Positions 1 through 13,110 of a stretch of DNA of 64,000 nucleotides are shown in pieces. The notes beneath the pieces are model-generated. The model saw only the letters and a list, made by a program, of their open reading frames with translations. It was not told where the DNA came from and did no database searches. A program made the position numbers and the translations under genes. Origin of the DNA: Hyaloraphidium curvatum SAG 235-1 (lineage: Eukaryota; Fungi; Monoblepharomycota); NCBI GenBank assembly GCA_025558095.1, contig JAIVFI010000022.1, forward strand, positions 372,001 to 436,000, in the 5' to 3' direction. Positions within the stretch are counted from its first letter, which is position 1; each line of letters opens with the position of its first letter.

Positions 1-948
1 GGCCCCGGGCAGACACGGAGGGCGCAGTCAAGGCTAAGATCAAAGCCGTGAATGGCAACAATTCTGAGGCCGCGGAGGAGGGACCCCGGCCGAAGAAACC
101 CCGGAAGGAGCGGGCAACCGGACCACCGGGGCAGCGTCCGAAGAAGCCCACTGGGCGGGAGAGGACGATGAAACCGTTCAAGCCCAGACGAATGGATGGG
201 AAGGACAACGAGAAGAGGGAGAGGGAGCCCGAGAGGAAGAAGAGGCCCCAGAAGGAGGCGAAACCTGAGCAGAAGCGGCCGGAAGCGAAGAGGAAGCCGA
301 CGATCGAGCTCGAGGCCGACCTTTCCACGGCCCACGGCCGGTACCGAGCTGCAATTGCGCGTGCAGCCGATCGCACGCGGAGCAAAATGTCGGTGCTCGA
401 GATCGAAGATCACCTGGTGGAGGGTAAGCAAAGCGGCACTGTGGCTCGCGTCGTCTTCTCATTCCTATCCCTCAGAAACCTCGGCCAGAGACGGCCAGTA
501 CGCCCTGAAGGATCTCGTGGGTCTAATCAAGGAGGCCGTGCCGCGTTGGGAAGAACTGAAGAAAGGCGGCAAGGGCAAGGGGGTCGCAGTCCTCTTCGTT
601 GCGTCTACGACCCGCTGTCTCGAGGCGCAAAAGGTCGCGAAAGCCCAAGGACTCGCGTTGGCGAAGCTCTGGGCCAGGCATATGGACGTGGAGGACCAGG
701 GCGCGTTCCTCGGCAAATCGCGCCACCTGCTGGGCGTGGGAACCCCGGGGAGGCTGGTCCAGCTGGTGGAACAGGGCCTTCTGCCGCTCGACCAGCTGAA
801 GCTGGTTGTGGTCGACGGAGCGCCGGACGTGAAAGGATCCCGGATCCTCGACATCAACTTCGACTCCTGCCTCGCGTTGACCAAGAAGGTCTTCCGATCC
901 GGCACCGGGAGCAAGGCACAGTTCGTGTGGCTCGAGGGTGGCCAGTAG
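1..948 (+). CDS. CMS1: Cms1/CMSS1-like 90S pre-ribosome protein (5' end probably outside window)
   Basis: Lys/Arg-rich N-terminus; GT-AG intron 424-475 joins frames; helicase-like remnant LAKLWARHM...LGVGTPGRLVQL...LKLVVVD without a DEAD box; stop at 948. Confidence 0.7.
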
Positions 949-993
949 CTGCCTCAATAGATGGCTCTAGTCCCGTCGACCGAATTGGCAGCG

Positions 994-1690
994 CTACACG
1001 ACGTTCCGCTTCCACAGCCGCTGCGGCGGCACGTCGAGATTGTTGTAGGCATCCAGCTCCATCTTCTCGCGTTCCACCTGGGCCACGTATTCCCTCAGGT
1101 ACGGCTTGTCCTGCGGGACCTGGTCAGTTGCTAGCGGTAGAGGCGATTCGCGGCAGACCAACCTCGCTGGGCTTCGTCCACTGCTCAGGCTCGAGCTCCG
1201 ACTGCTGAATCGACGCCTGAACAGCGCGCTTGATCCTGTACATGCGGTCGTACGCCTCCCGCTTGGGCAACCGGCGCAGCGCCTCGCCGACGATGGGGTT
1301 CTGCTCCGGGATGAGGTCGTCCGCGACCAGACCTGGTGGGAGCAGAGGGAGATGAGCCTGGCGTCCAAGAAAGCACTCCCGAGGGATGGGCGGCCAACGC
1401 CGCGGCCACCGAGCGGCACCGTGCATGAGGACGTCGGGAGTCGGTGCGCCCCACAGCCCGTCCCGTCCTCCGCCGCCGGCCAGCCCCACATCCCGCCCTG
1501 CCGGCGCCCCAGCCGCGATTCGCGCAGCCAGGCGCGCCTTGGCGCCCGGGATGGCGGGGCCCGCTGTGGCGTCGCGCGCCGTCCGCCCCCCGCGATGCGC
1601 ACCCATCCGGCGGTACGCGGCCGAGTCCGAAAGGAACTCCGCGACCGGGCGCAGCAGCTTGGACGACGCGAGGTTCGTCGTCAGCGACAT
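994..1690 (-). CDS. QCR7: Cytochrome b-c1 complex subunit 7
   Basis: Spliced product AYRRMG|LVADDLIPEQNPIVGEALRRLPKREAYDRMYRIKRA...WTKPSE|DKPYLREYV; introns 1333-1602 and ~1111-1162. Confidence 0.92.
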
Positions 1691-1846
1691 CGTGGTCCTG
1701 GGATGGAGTGGGGTGGACGCGGGGGCGCAAGTACTACGAAAAGCGCTAACGCACGAGGGCGGCCCTCCCCACCACGCAGACCTCGCGAGCAGTCGGTTTC
1801 CTCGGCAAAGGGCGCCGCTGGCGCTCCGCCGGCCGGCCCGTGGGAC

Positions 1847-3681
1847 ATGGCTTCGTACCACTGCCGCGCCTGCGGCCCGACTACCGCGGAAAGCGACGAG
1901 CACCGCGGGCACACCGTGTGCGTACGGTGCGGGCAGGTCCTCGAGGAGAATGCCATCGTCTCGGAGGTCACGTTCTCGGAGAAGGCCAACGGGGCTGCCG
2001 TGGCCGACGGGTTCTTCATCGGGGCCGACAAAGGTGGACTCCAGCGGACCGGAAGCCGTCCCCCGCCTCTACCCTACCTTGTCCGCAGCCCGGGCGACTT
2101 CTCGCCTCAAGGGGGTCAAGGGCATCAGCCAGGATTCGAACGCAGAGTCTCGGGAGCAGACCTTGGCCAACGGTGGGCCCGACCTGTCCTGGGGCCCGAC
2201 GAGACGATGCCAACCTTGCTCGCCCCAACCAGGACGGAGAAGAATTCAGCAGCTCGCGAATGCCCTCAACATGTCCGACAAATACGTGGAAGCTGCTCAG
2301 CGGTTCTTCAACCTGGCCATTGTGAACAACTTCACCCGCGGGAGGAAGACGGCCAATGTCGTCGCCGCGTGCCTCTACATCGTATGCCGGACCGAAAAGA
2401 CCACGCACATGCTCATCGACTTCTCCGACGTGCTTCAGGTGTGTGCCAGATGGTGGTTCGCTGGTCGTCCCCTTCAACCTGCCCGACCTGCAGACGGACG
2501 TCTACGTTCTCGGATCCACGTTCCTTCGTCTCGTCCAGGTGCTGAACCTGCGCCTCCCTCTCGTGGATCCCGCTTTGTACATGACCCGCTTCGCCTCTCG
2601 ACTGGAGTTTGGGGACAAAACGGAGGCTGTGAAGCGGGATGCGCTGCGGCTGGTGTCGCGGATGAACAGGGACTGGATCCAGACGGGCCGCCGCCCCGCG
2701 GGGATATGTGCTGCGTGCCTGCTCATAGCGGCGCGGATGCACAACTTCAAGCGGACGCAGAGGGAAATCGTGCAGGTGGTCAACATCTGCGATGCGACGC
2801 TCCGGAAGCGCCTTGAGGAGTTCAAGAACACGCCGTCGGCGGCGATGTCCGTCAGCGATTTCCAGAACATTTGGCTGGACGAACAGGCGGATCCGCCGTC
2901 TTTCTCGCACAGCAAGAAGCGGAAGGAGCCCGAGCTTCCGCCGATCGCTCCGGAGTCCGGGGGCCAGCGGGCGACCGCGGGGAGGAACCCCCTGCCTTTC
3001 GAGTCGACGGAGGTTCAGGAGGGCGATGTGGAACAGGAGATGCTCAGCGCGCTGCACGGAGAAGACCTGCGGAGGCTCTACCCCAACGGTTCGTCGTTGA
3101 AGGCCGCGTTCTGGTCGCTTGCCAACCTTCTTTCCAGTCGAGGAGCTCGCCGACGACGACCTGACGGCCCTCGATGACGATGAGGAGATCCAAGGCGCTC
3201 TGCTGGAGCAGGACGAGGTCGAGTTCAAAACCATCATCTGGACCAACGAGAACAAAGACTGGCTCGAGGCGCAGGAAGGTGTGTGGCTGTGCAACCCGGG
3301 TCGAACTCAACTGAGTGGAACGGTATTGCAGAGAAGCGGCTTCAAGCGGAAGCAGACCGAGCTGCGGGCATCGAGCCCAAACCTCCGCGCCAGAAGAGGC
3401 GGAAGAAGGCCAACGCGGCGGGCCCAGACGGGCAGGAGGAGAAAGCCGGTGCGCCGGTCGTCGCGCCAACGCCTGCGGAAGCTACCAAGGCAATGCTGGC
3501 TTCGGCATCGAAGAAGAGCTCCAAAAAGATCAACTACGCCGTGTTGGAGAACCTTTTTGAGGTATGCCGGCCATCCCGGGTACCCTTTCGGTTGCTCATT
3601 GTTGCCTAGGTCGACGACGACTTGCTGGAGAGAAAGATGCAGGAGCGGCGTCTCATGCGTGGCGAGACGCCAAGGCCTTAG
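1847..3681 (+). CDS. BRF1: TFIIIB subunit Brf1
   Basis: N-terminal zinc ribbon CRACG...CVRCGQVLEENAIVSEV, cyclin repeats (FTRGRK, VDPALY, WIQTGRRPAGICAACL), C-terminal SKKINY; several short introns. Confidence 0.95.
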
Positions 3682-3748
3682 GAGCGGCGGGGCTTCGGAC
3701 TGGAACATGGTTTCGGATGCGCACGGTTATGGATGTGTTGATTGTTGT

Positions 3749-4599
3749 TCATCTCAATTGTCTGTACATCTCAAAGTCAATCGACGTGAATGGCGGGTAT
3801 TCGTCGGAGGAAGAGCTGTCCGGGCGCTGATTCAGCGAAAGGGCAGGTTGAGAAGGCGCAGCACCCACGTCTGTGTGGAGGAGAAGATCTTAATCGCACG
3901 TACGTGCGTGTCCTTGCCGTTCTGATGGTTGGCCATGATTGCAATTTGCACCAAGTTCGTCCGCAAGGGCCTAACGCGTTGCTGATTAGACACCTAGCCC
4001 GACGGGATGCCGGCGCTACGGCCCACCTGTCATCAGCTTCCCTGAGGGGGAATCGTATCCATCCGCACGGTTCTTCGAGCTCGAAGCTCTGTACTTCCTG
4101 GCGGGGTGCGGAGAATTATGGCGAGGTTGTGCAGGGTGGATTCGCGCGTGCCTGGAGGTCCTGGTAGCAAGTTCCGGCCCGAACCGAGAGTCGTTGAGGC
4201 GTGTATGACTCGTCCTGCTTATAATCGAGGTACATCTTGACCTCCTGCTCTGGAGTTAGAAAACGGGTTGCGGCAAACGTTCGCCCACGCACAGTTACAG
4301 TCATTTTCTTCGGGAACTGAATGCTGATGAGATGTGGCTGCGGCCCATCGGATCTAACACCAGCATAATCGCGGCGCAGGCAGGCTCTGGTCAGCTGAAT
4401 GCAAATCCTCCGGCTCTGGGCGGACCCACTGCCAGTAGGTCTCCAGATTGTCGTCCCGGATCTGCTCGATCCCGAAGTTCGGCTTACACGTCGACAGCGA
4501 CCATACTGCGAGATTGCCGATCTCGCGTCGGTCTCCGTCTTCCGCTGCAGTCGGTGGGACGTGTGGGTTGGTCTCGGGACGGAGCTCCGAAGCGCTCAT
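3749..4599 (-). CDS. APC10: Anaphase-promoting complex subunit 10 (Doc1)
   Basis: [21 protein letters not shown]|[27 protein letters not shown]-terminal LR tail; one GC-AG intron 4098-4151. Confidence 0.95.
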
Positions 4600-4824
4600 G
4601 GAATCGCCCACGGTCGAGGTCGGCCATTCTCCTGTCGGGCCAAAATCGTCATCTGCCCGTTTCCATGACTACGTATGACGTTTGGCGTGGACGCTTGCAG
4701 TGCGCAAGTAGCGGGAAGGTCGGTGGGAAGTCCACATTCTTCTTGACCGTTGGCGCCGCCGTCACAACTCCGACTCCCCGGCAAACACTCGCATCCTTTC
4801 CCGCGCGACGGGCGTACCGCAGCG

Positions 4825-7800
4825 ATGTCCGGCTCGGGCGCAGCTGCGATGCCCGACGCGAAGTATTTCCAGCGTGGAAAGATCCAGGAGCTGCGCGCGG
4901 AGCTGGCCGCCGACAAGCGCGACACGAAGCACGCGAAAAAGCGCGTCGCGCTGAAGAAGGTCGTTGCAAACATGACCATGGGCAACGACATGTCGCCTCT
5001 GTTCTCGGACGTGCTGGGGTGCATGCAGATTCCCATTCTGGAAATCAAGAAGATGGTGTACCTCTACCTCATCCACTACTCGAAGAGCAAACCGGACCTG
5101 GCAGTGCTCGCCATTAACGCCTTCATTCGGGTGCGCTTCATGCCGGGAGAGCGATACGGGGCGGGGCACGGCATTAACCAGCTCCCTCGGGGCTACGTCC
5201 CAGGACTCCATTGACCCGAATCCCCTCATCCGAGCTCTGGCAGTCCGCACGATGAGCTACATTCAAGTGGACCGGATCATTGACAGCCTGACGGACCCGC
5301 TGCGGACGAGTTTGCGGGACTCGGATCCCTACGTCCGGAAAACGGCAGCGATTTGCGTTGCCAAGGTGTTCATGCACAACCCGACCGTCGTAGAGAGGGA
5401 AGGCTTCCTTGATCTGCTGCTAGATCTTCTGAACGACTCCAACGCTACCGTGAGTTTTGGGCGGCGATCCGCTGGGAGAGGGCTAAAGCAAGCAACCGGG
5501 CCGCGCCAGGTTGTCGCAAATGCCGTTGCTGCGCTCACGGAAATCTCGGATCGCTCGGAGGGCTTCGAGTTCACCATTGACATCGCAATGGCAAACAAGC
5601 TCCTCACTGCCATCAACGACTGCTCGGAGTGGGTGCCTCACGTCGCGTCGCCGTGTCACGCTGACCAGGGGGCTGTGGCTAGATGGGGCCAGGTCTACAT
5701 CCTGGAAGGGCTTCTGTTCTACGTCCCGCAAGAAAGCCAGGACGCAGAACTCCTGGCAGAGCGGGTACTCCCCCGGCTTCAGCACGCCAACTCCGCGGTC
5801 GTCTTGTCTGCCGTCCGCGTCATCCTCTACCTCATGAACTACATGTCGCTGGAGGAAAACGTAGACAGTCTCTATCGCAAGATTGGACCCCCGCTGGGTT
5901 TGTGCCTCGCGGCTTGGGTCGTCGTTGTCTCGCACTCAGACCTCGTGCCAGTTACCCTCCTACACAACAGCTCGGAAGTTCAATACGTTGCCCTGCGGAA
6001 CATCCTCCTCATCATCCAGAAGCGGCCGGACTTCCTGAAGAACGAGATGAAGGTCTTTTTTTGCAAGTACAACGACCCGATCTACGTGAAGCTGGCCAAG
6101 CTCGAGATCATGATCCGCCTGGCCAACGATGCCAACGTCGCGCAGGTTCTTTCGGAATTGCGGGAGTGGGTTGCCGGCCACTGCAACGGAATCCGGCGGC
6201 TCTGACTTGCCTGCAGATATGCCTCTGAGGTCGATGTCGAGTTCGTCCGCAAGTCGGTCCGCGCCATAGGCCGCTGCGCGATCAAGATCGACAGCTCCGC
6301 AGACAAGTGCATCCAGACGCTGCTGGATCTCATTCAGACGAAGGTCAACTACGTTGTTCAGGAGGCCATCGTGGTGATCAAGGCACGTGGTGTGCCTCTA
6401 CCAGGCGATCCCGGCTGACGGCCCCCCGCACCAACCAGGACATTTTCCGCAAGTACCCTAACCGCTACGAGAGCATCATCTCTACCCTCTGCGAGAACCT
6501 CGACAGCCTGGACGAGCCGGAAGCCAAGGCTTCGATGATCTGGATCATTGGCCACTACGCCGACCGGATCGAGAATGCCCACGATCTCCTGGCGCAGTTC
6601 CTCGAAACCTTTAGGGAGGATCCCGCTGAAGTGGGGCCTTCCCGTCGCATGGTCAAACACGCGCTAATGTCTCGATTGTGCCGCAGGTCCAACTAACGCT
6701 CTTGACCGCCGTGGTCAAGCTCTTCGTGCGGCGGCCTACAGTGGGACAGGACCTGGTGCCTAAGATGCTGAAATGGGCGACGGAGGATCTCGACAATCCC
6801 GATGTCCGGGATCGGGCCTTTATCTACTGGCGCTTGTTGTCGACGAACCCAGTTGCGGCCAAGGTTTGCTTGCCTCCATTTCCGGGCCGATTTCTTTCTG
6901 ACCGTGATCCCAAGGCCGTTCTCTTTGCTGACATGCCCACCATATCCACCGAGACCGATAACCTGGAGCCAAGCTTCCTGGACGACCTGCTGCTCTACGT
7001 TTCGAGCCTGTCGTCCGTTTACCACAAGCTCCCGACCACATTCATTGGGGGCATCAAGGCGCGAAAGCTGGCGCCATCCAGGGCACTCAACCTCATGTAC
7101 CGAGCTGCTGCGACTCTGCGTTTCGACGGCCCCATTGGCAGGTTGGATTCGAACCTTTTGGCTGCAGTGCTTTGGCTGACCAAACGATATTCCAGCGCGC
7201 CAGCTGCCAGCAGCGCACTTTACGGCGGGGGCAGCACCTCGAACCCGTACCAAACGGATGGGCTTCGGCCATACGGGGGGGACAATGTCGACGAAGGGGA
7301 CGAAGGAGATCAGGACATTGGCGGACAGGACGGAGCCGCCGCGCGGGATCAAACCTACCTGTCGTCCATGATGGGAAGCATGGATCTCGGCTCTCCGGTT
7401 TCGTCGCCCTCGTCTCCGAACCCGATGTATCCGCCTCCTGGATCGGGGAATGCCTCTGCTCCTGGACCCGGCCCGTACGGATCTGGGCTCGATTCGTTGT
7501 CCCGCACGGCGTCTGGATACGGGCTGGCGGCCCAGCATATGTATTCGACCGGCCAAGCGCAGGCTAACAACGGCCTTTCTTCGGACTTGCTTGGCCCAAG
7601 CTCCCGGAGCTCGAGCATGGACTCCTTTGCACAGAGCCGCGGCCCGCAATCGGACCTTTTGGGAGGCCAGCAATCTGGCCAAGGGACCGAATTGCACCCA
7701 GCGTACGAAGGCTTGTCTGCCCTCGCAGCCGCTTCGGGCCTTGGAGACAATGCGTCGACGCGGCCCAACCCACCAGTTGCGGCTCCTGGTGCATTGCCGC

Positions 7801-8777
7801 AGCAGCCTGGGTTTGCGCGACCTGGCCTTGTCCCCCAAGCTTCGGGTGCCGCACCAGCTCGGCAACCATTTGTGCCGCCCAAGGTGTTGCTCTTGAACCC
7901 TCAGGCGGCTAGGGGTCTGGAAATCACGGGCACTGTGCGTGGCTCGTCATGGCTTTATATTTCCGGGAGCTAACCACTGTGAAACAGTTCGCTCGTCGTC
8001 AAGGTCAGATGTTTATGGATCTGGAGTTCGCCAACCGAGGGGTCGAGACCCTCAGGTGTGTGCCCCAGGGGCCCGTGCGGTGCCGTGCCTGATTGTCCCA
8101 TTGCAGCGACTTCGCTATTCAGTTCAACAAGAACTCGTTCGTTCAGTTCGTGGCGTCGCCTGCGTCTTTGTCTGATCTCGCTTCGTTTCAGGTTCGGCGT
8201 AGCTCCTGGGGGCATTCTCGACGTGCAAAGCCCACTCATACCTGGCGCGTCGTCGCGGACATCGCTGCGTTTACGGACAGACGGACCTGTAGCACCTGCC
8301 AACCCCATCAACCTTTTGCAGGTCGCCGTGAAGAGCAATGGCGGCATCTCCTACTTCGCCGTGCAGCTGCCGCTGCACATTCTCTTCGTCGAGGGGCCAA
8401 TTGACCAGGGGACTTGGCTTCGAATGTGGCGGAATGACATCCCTGCCGCGAACGAGTGGCGTTCTCCGCTTTCTGGACTGAGCTTCGTGTCCATTGCCGA
8501 CTTGCGCAATAAGCTGGCGCTGAACAACGTGTTCACCGTTGCGGATCGGCTGATTGATGGCAAGGTAGGCTCTCCGCCTGGGTGGTTGGCACAGAACTCA
8601 ACGTCCATTCAGCATCATGTTTACTCCGGGACGACGCTTGTGAACGGGACTGTTCTCCTTTCCGAGATCACTCTGGACGGGACATTCGCTGGTGGCTTGC
8701 TGGCAGTGAAGACGTTGGCTTCCCCGCAAGTGGTGGACGTGTTTATGAAGGCTTTGGTCGCAGTTCTGTTGAGTTGA
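4825..8777 (+). CDS. APL1: Adaptor complex beta subunit (AP-2 beta-like) with C-terminal appendage domains
   Basis: [67 protein letters not shown]; appendage FAIQFNKN...LQVAVKSN; many introns. The AP-2 versus AP-1 call rests on the N-terminal [14 protein letters not shown] signature. Confidence 0.85.
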
Positions 8778-8792
8778 GAATACAGATTGTAC

Positions 8793-11700
8793 TCAAGGTT
8801 TCCTGCTGGTCTGCTCCTTTTGGGCCTTGGCCCGGATCTCCTCAACTCTCCTCCTCTTGCGCTTCTCCGTCGATACCTCCTCCTCCGCTGCCTTGCGCTT
8901 GAGATACTCTGCCCGCTTCTTTTGGTTCGTTTCTTCCCTCCGCTTGGCCTTCTCGTTCCTAAGCGTGTTCAATTGCTGCAGCAGCGTGTAGACCTTCCTC
9001 TCTTTCGGCTCCAGAACGACCGCCCGCCGCTGGTCCAAGGTCTGCTTCTTTTGCTTCGAAACCTGCTTGGCCTTGGAAGCAAACGGCAGCGAGGACTCCA
9101 GGTTGCGCGGGATGCGGAGAGGGTTGAACTGCTTTGGACGCCTTTCGATACGCTGCAAGCACAGGTTCAGCAACGGACGAAACCTGTATGCGCAGTACTT
9201 ACTCTGTACTCGGAGTCCGCCTTCAGGTCCAAGGGAATTGCACGTTCTCGCCGAAGCTCGCCTGCCAGTTTCATGCCTTGCCACGACTCGTCGGGGGCCA
9301 ACAAAAGATTGGTAACAGGGTTGTAAAGCGGCTTCGGCCGCACCGGGTACCACGCCCGCAAGAAGACGATATCTGCATTATGTCGTCAGGTCCCACGAAC
9401 AGGAGGTGTTCAATGCGCGTACCGCTCATAAGGATCTTGTCCTCAAAAGTAGCGCGGAAACAGCCCTCGGGTTTCTGCGCGGCGTCGTTAGTGCCGTCGT
9501 GGCCAAGCAGAATCCTTGCGAGACACGCACCGGCAGGTGCTTCTTGATCTGACCGCGGATCCCGCTGACGGTGCGCAGGCTGGCACCTTCGAACTTGGCA
9601 ACCTCCAAGGCCGACGTGAACATGTCCTTGACGAAGGCGGTGTTCTTGTACACCTTGTACGGCGTGCCAACCAGCTTCAGCTTCTTGACAACCTCCGTTC
9701 CCTGATCGACGTCCGCGACGGTACCCGTTGCACTGACCCGGAACGACGCCTGCAGCGGGGAATCCAGCACCCTTAAGTCCACGAGGTCTGCGACCGGCCA
9801 ATTCATCTGCACACCTGTGTACCCGAGAGGCTCTTGAAGGCGCAAAAGCCGGTGTTCGGGGGCGCGGTGGGGCCGAAGAACGTGGCAAGGCAGTGCATGT
9901 GCTCCGGGGTGTACTTCAACATGCGGTTCCGTGTGCCGCCGTTGTCGATGATGGAGAACATGGGTATGCTCTGGAAGCGGCGCCAACCGATCGAAAAGAT
10001 GAGAGGATCATTGTTTTTAAGGATCTTGGGGTGCCACCGATGCTTCTTGAGCCGAACCTGACGGGAACGGGAGCTGTCAGACAACCTGCGTCAGCTCCGG
10101 TGCCGCGCGAGTTACCTGGAGAAAGCCGAAGGTATCTTCGTTCGGCAATAGTCCGCCGACAAGCACGGGATGCCTGGGGCTGAAATGCGCCGAAAACTCG
10201 TACGGAACGCCTTCCAGCACAAGTCGGACGTAGGTTCCGGGCGGGAAACCCTCCAGCTGGTGTCGCAGCTCGGGGTCTGCGTCCTCGAACTCCTGGCGAT
10301 TTACTGCCGCCTGACGCTCGAGCTCGGCCTTGCCCTTGTCGAACAAGCTCTCCTCGCCTCCTGCAGCGTCGTCCTCCTCGTCGTACATGTCGTCGAACTT
10401 GCGTTTTAGATCCTCCTTCTTTGCAGCCAAGTCCTGGACATCGTCCGACTCTTTCTCCGTGTCAGCACGGCGAGGGTCGTTCTCCAGGTCCTCGAAATCG
10501 CCGTCCAAATCGCCTTCCGTCTCGGTCGGTCCGCCGTCAACAGGCCCGGTGATGAAACGGGAGCGGAGCGCATCGAGGGCATCCGATCCATGCCAGTGCG
10601 CCAGCGTCTCCGACGGAGTGTTCACGCGACTAGAATCTGCCAAAGCAACCACCGGAAACCCGGTGCCGCGGACGACTTTTCGGAGGAGCTCCCCGTCGTC
10701 GTCGAAAGGCAGAGGGGATGCCTCCGAGGCAGCCAATTCCGAATCGCCGCCGCCGTAAACCGCGGCCATGTAGTCCAAGCGTCCATTTCGCGCATGAGCA
10801 CGGGCGGCTCTTTCGCGCATCTCATCCTTCCAACGCAAAAGTCCGTCGTTTTCCGCATCCGAGACATCTTCTTCGTCCGAGCTTTCCTGATCGTCCAGGC
10901 CGGATGCGTCTGCCGAGTCGTCCTCCGATCCTTCCGAGACACCCAGATTGCCTGGCTGCGGGATCGCACGGCGCTGCCGGGCGTCACGCAAGTGGCCGCG
11001 ACCGGTGCGTGCACCGTTCGCGTCCCCGTCCGCGTCCGACTCGTCGCTCCATCTAGCATCCTCCGCATCAGACTCATCACCCGAGCCGGCGTCGGAAACT
11101 GGCGAATCCTCTCCGTCAAGGTCCGAATCGCCACCGTCGTCGCTGGTAACCTCATCCGTTCCCACGAGGCCGCCCTGCACCAAGTCCGAACCGTCAAAAA
11201 GGCGCAATCCGCTCGCCCGCACTTTCTCGGCGAGCGTCTCTCCGACATCTTGTAACTCCAGCATCATGCTCTCCCCTTCGGTCCGGCCCTCGGCACCTTC
11301 CGCCTTGGAATAGACGCCCGGCACATTTATGTAGACCGCATCCTTGTCGTAGCGCACACCGCCGACGTCCGACATCGGCGCATGGATGACGCGCTGCTTC
11401 TCGCTCAGAGTCTTGCGGACCTTTTCGGGCAGCGGGCACGGATCCGGCAGCTCCGTGATCGCTTTGAGCACCATGTCCCCGCAGCCAGGAATGTGGACCT
11501 TCATGGAAGGCCGCAGGTTCGTCCCGCGGACGTATCCGTAGAGGGTCACTGTCCGGTCCATCTTTGGGTTCTCCTTGACCATGGAAGGGTGCGTCATGTC
11601 TTCCAGCCGGTCGCAGACCACGTAGGGGTGCGTGTTGCGCCACGTCAGGGGCCTGAACTTCATGACCGAAATGAAACGAGACAGGTTCATGATCTCGGTC

Positions 11701-12527
11701 TTCCGGTAGCGGCCGTTCACAGTTCCCGTGAGGTAGAAGAGCTTGGCACCCTGGTAGATCTCCGTCCAGAACCGCTGCTTCAGCTCCTTCTTCCGTTTTC
11801 TCAGCTTCTTGTTGTCCTTGAAGCCGTCAAGGTGCGTGAGCACGCCCATGACCTTCGGGAAGCCGTGGACCTGGAGGACGTTCAAGAACTCGAAGGTTTC
11901 CTGTTGTGCGCAGTTCAGTCACCCGACGCAACTCCAACACGCCGTGAAGGGCCAACCATTTCGAAGCCGAAGCTCGCATCGATGAGCAGAAGGACGAGAT
12001 CTGCCACTTTGGCGACGTCAATCATGCTGTTGAGGTCGTTGGCGCACTCAATGAGGGTGAGACGGCGCTTCTTGCCGGAAACCACTGTGATCGGTCCGAG
12101 CGGCTCCTGCACGTTGTACCGCGTGTATCGCTTGATGAGTGAGCGAATGAGGGTCGTCTTGCCAACCTGCAACGGTAATTGTAGAATGGAAACTGGAACC
12201 AAGGAGCGGACCTACCCCGGGGGGACCGACCACGGCAACGACGACCGGAGGTGCCTCTGAGGGGGTCTTGAGGGGCAAATGGAGCTTCTTCTGATCAAGA
12301 TCGCGCGTCCGCCGCTGCTGCTTCTCCGCACGCCGCCCGCTCTTGAAGGTGAAGGCCTTTGGGTTGTTGGCCGCCGTGCTCTCCGGCCGCTTGCCGGACT
12401 CGGCCCCGTCCCCGCCATCTCCAGGAGCCCGTTTTCGCTCCCGAAGCTGCTTCGCCGCCTTTTTTGCCCGAGCCGAGTTCGGACCCGCCTTGGCGACCCG
12501 GTGGGGCTTGGCGGGCCTCGAGTCCAT
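8793..12527 (-). CDS. BMS1: Ribosome biogenesis GTPase Bms1
   Basis: VVGPPG|[75 protein letters not shown]. Confidence 0.97.
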
Positions 12528-12609
12528 CGATTTGCGTCGATTGTTTGTGTGATTGGAGGCAGACCTGGGGCAGACCTTGGGATCCACGACGGCCCCGGGC
12601 CATTCGGCA

Positions 12610-13070
12610 ATGGCGATCGCGCCGAGCGGCTACGTTCCTCCTCCTTTCCCGTCCCTGACGTTCCCTCTGGCGCCGGCGTCGCCGTCCCAGGCGCTGTACT
12701 ACCGGGACGACGTGCTCTCCTTCACGGTCCTCTGGACGATCATCTGGTTCTCGCTGGCCTACGTCTCTGCCGGTCTGCGTGCCGCGATTTCTCTGCCCGG
12801 GAAGCGGGCTCCCTTGCTGGCCTTCGCCTTCTTTGTCCTGTGGGGCCTGGCCACCGCCTCCGTGTCGGGGGCTGTCGTCGGTGCGTCGTGTCACAGGGGC
12901 CCGTGTGGAAGCTGCGGGCTGACTTCGAGAAACCAGGAATCATGCTCTTTCGCGTCTATGACGCCGGCAACTTTCCCATGGCCACCTGGGTACCCTTCGT
13001 CTGGGGCTTGATACAGCTGCTGGTCGTTCTGTTGTCTTCCTTTACGTCCACCAGCCTGACGCTTTTGTGA
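12610..13070 (+). CDS. TMEM170-family small integral membrane protein
   Basis: PPPFPSL...LYYRDDVLSFTVLWT, three hydrophobic segments, VYDAGNFPMATWVPFVWG; intron ~12881-12936. Confidence 0.75.
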
Positions 13071-13110
13071 CGAGATCAATCAATCAGCACAGCTACAACA
13101 TGGGTATCCT

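Noticed and set aside
1106-2816. Long overlapping ORFs (for example 1106-2545 and 1386-2816) and many antisense ORFs in the track
   Set aside because: They are read-through artefacts of high GC and short introns, and are explained by the spliced QCR7 and BRF1 genes or by shadows of other genes.
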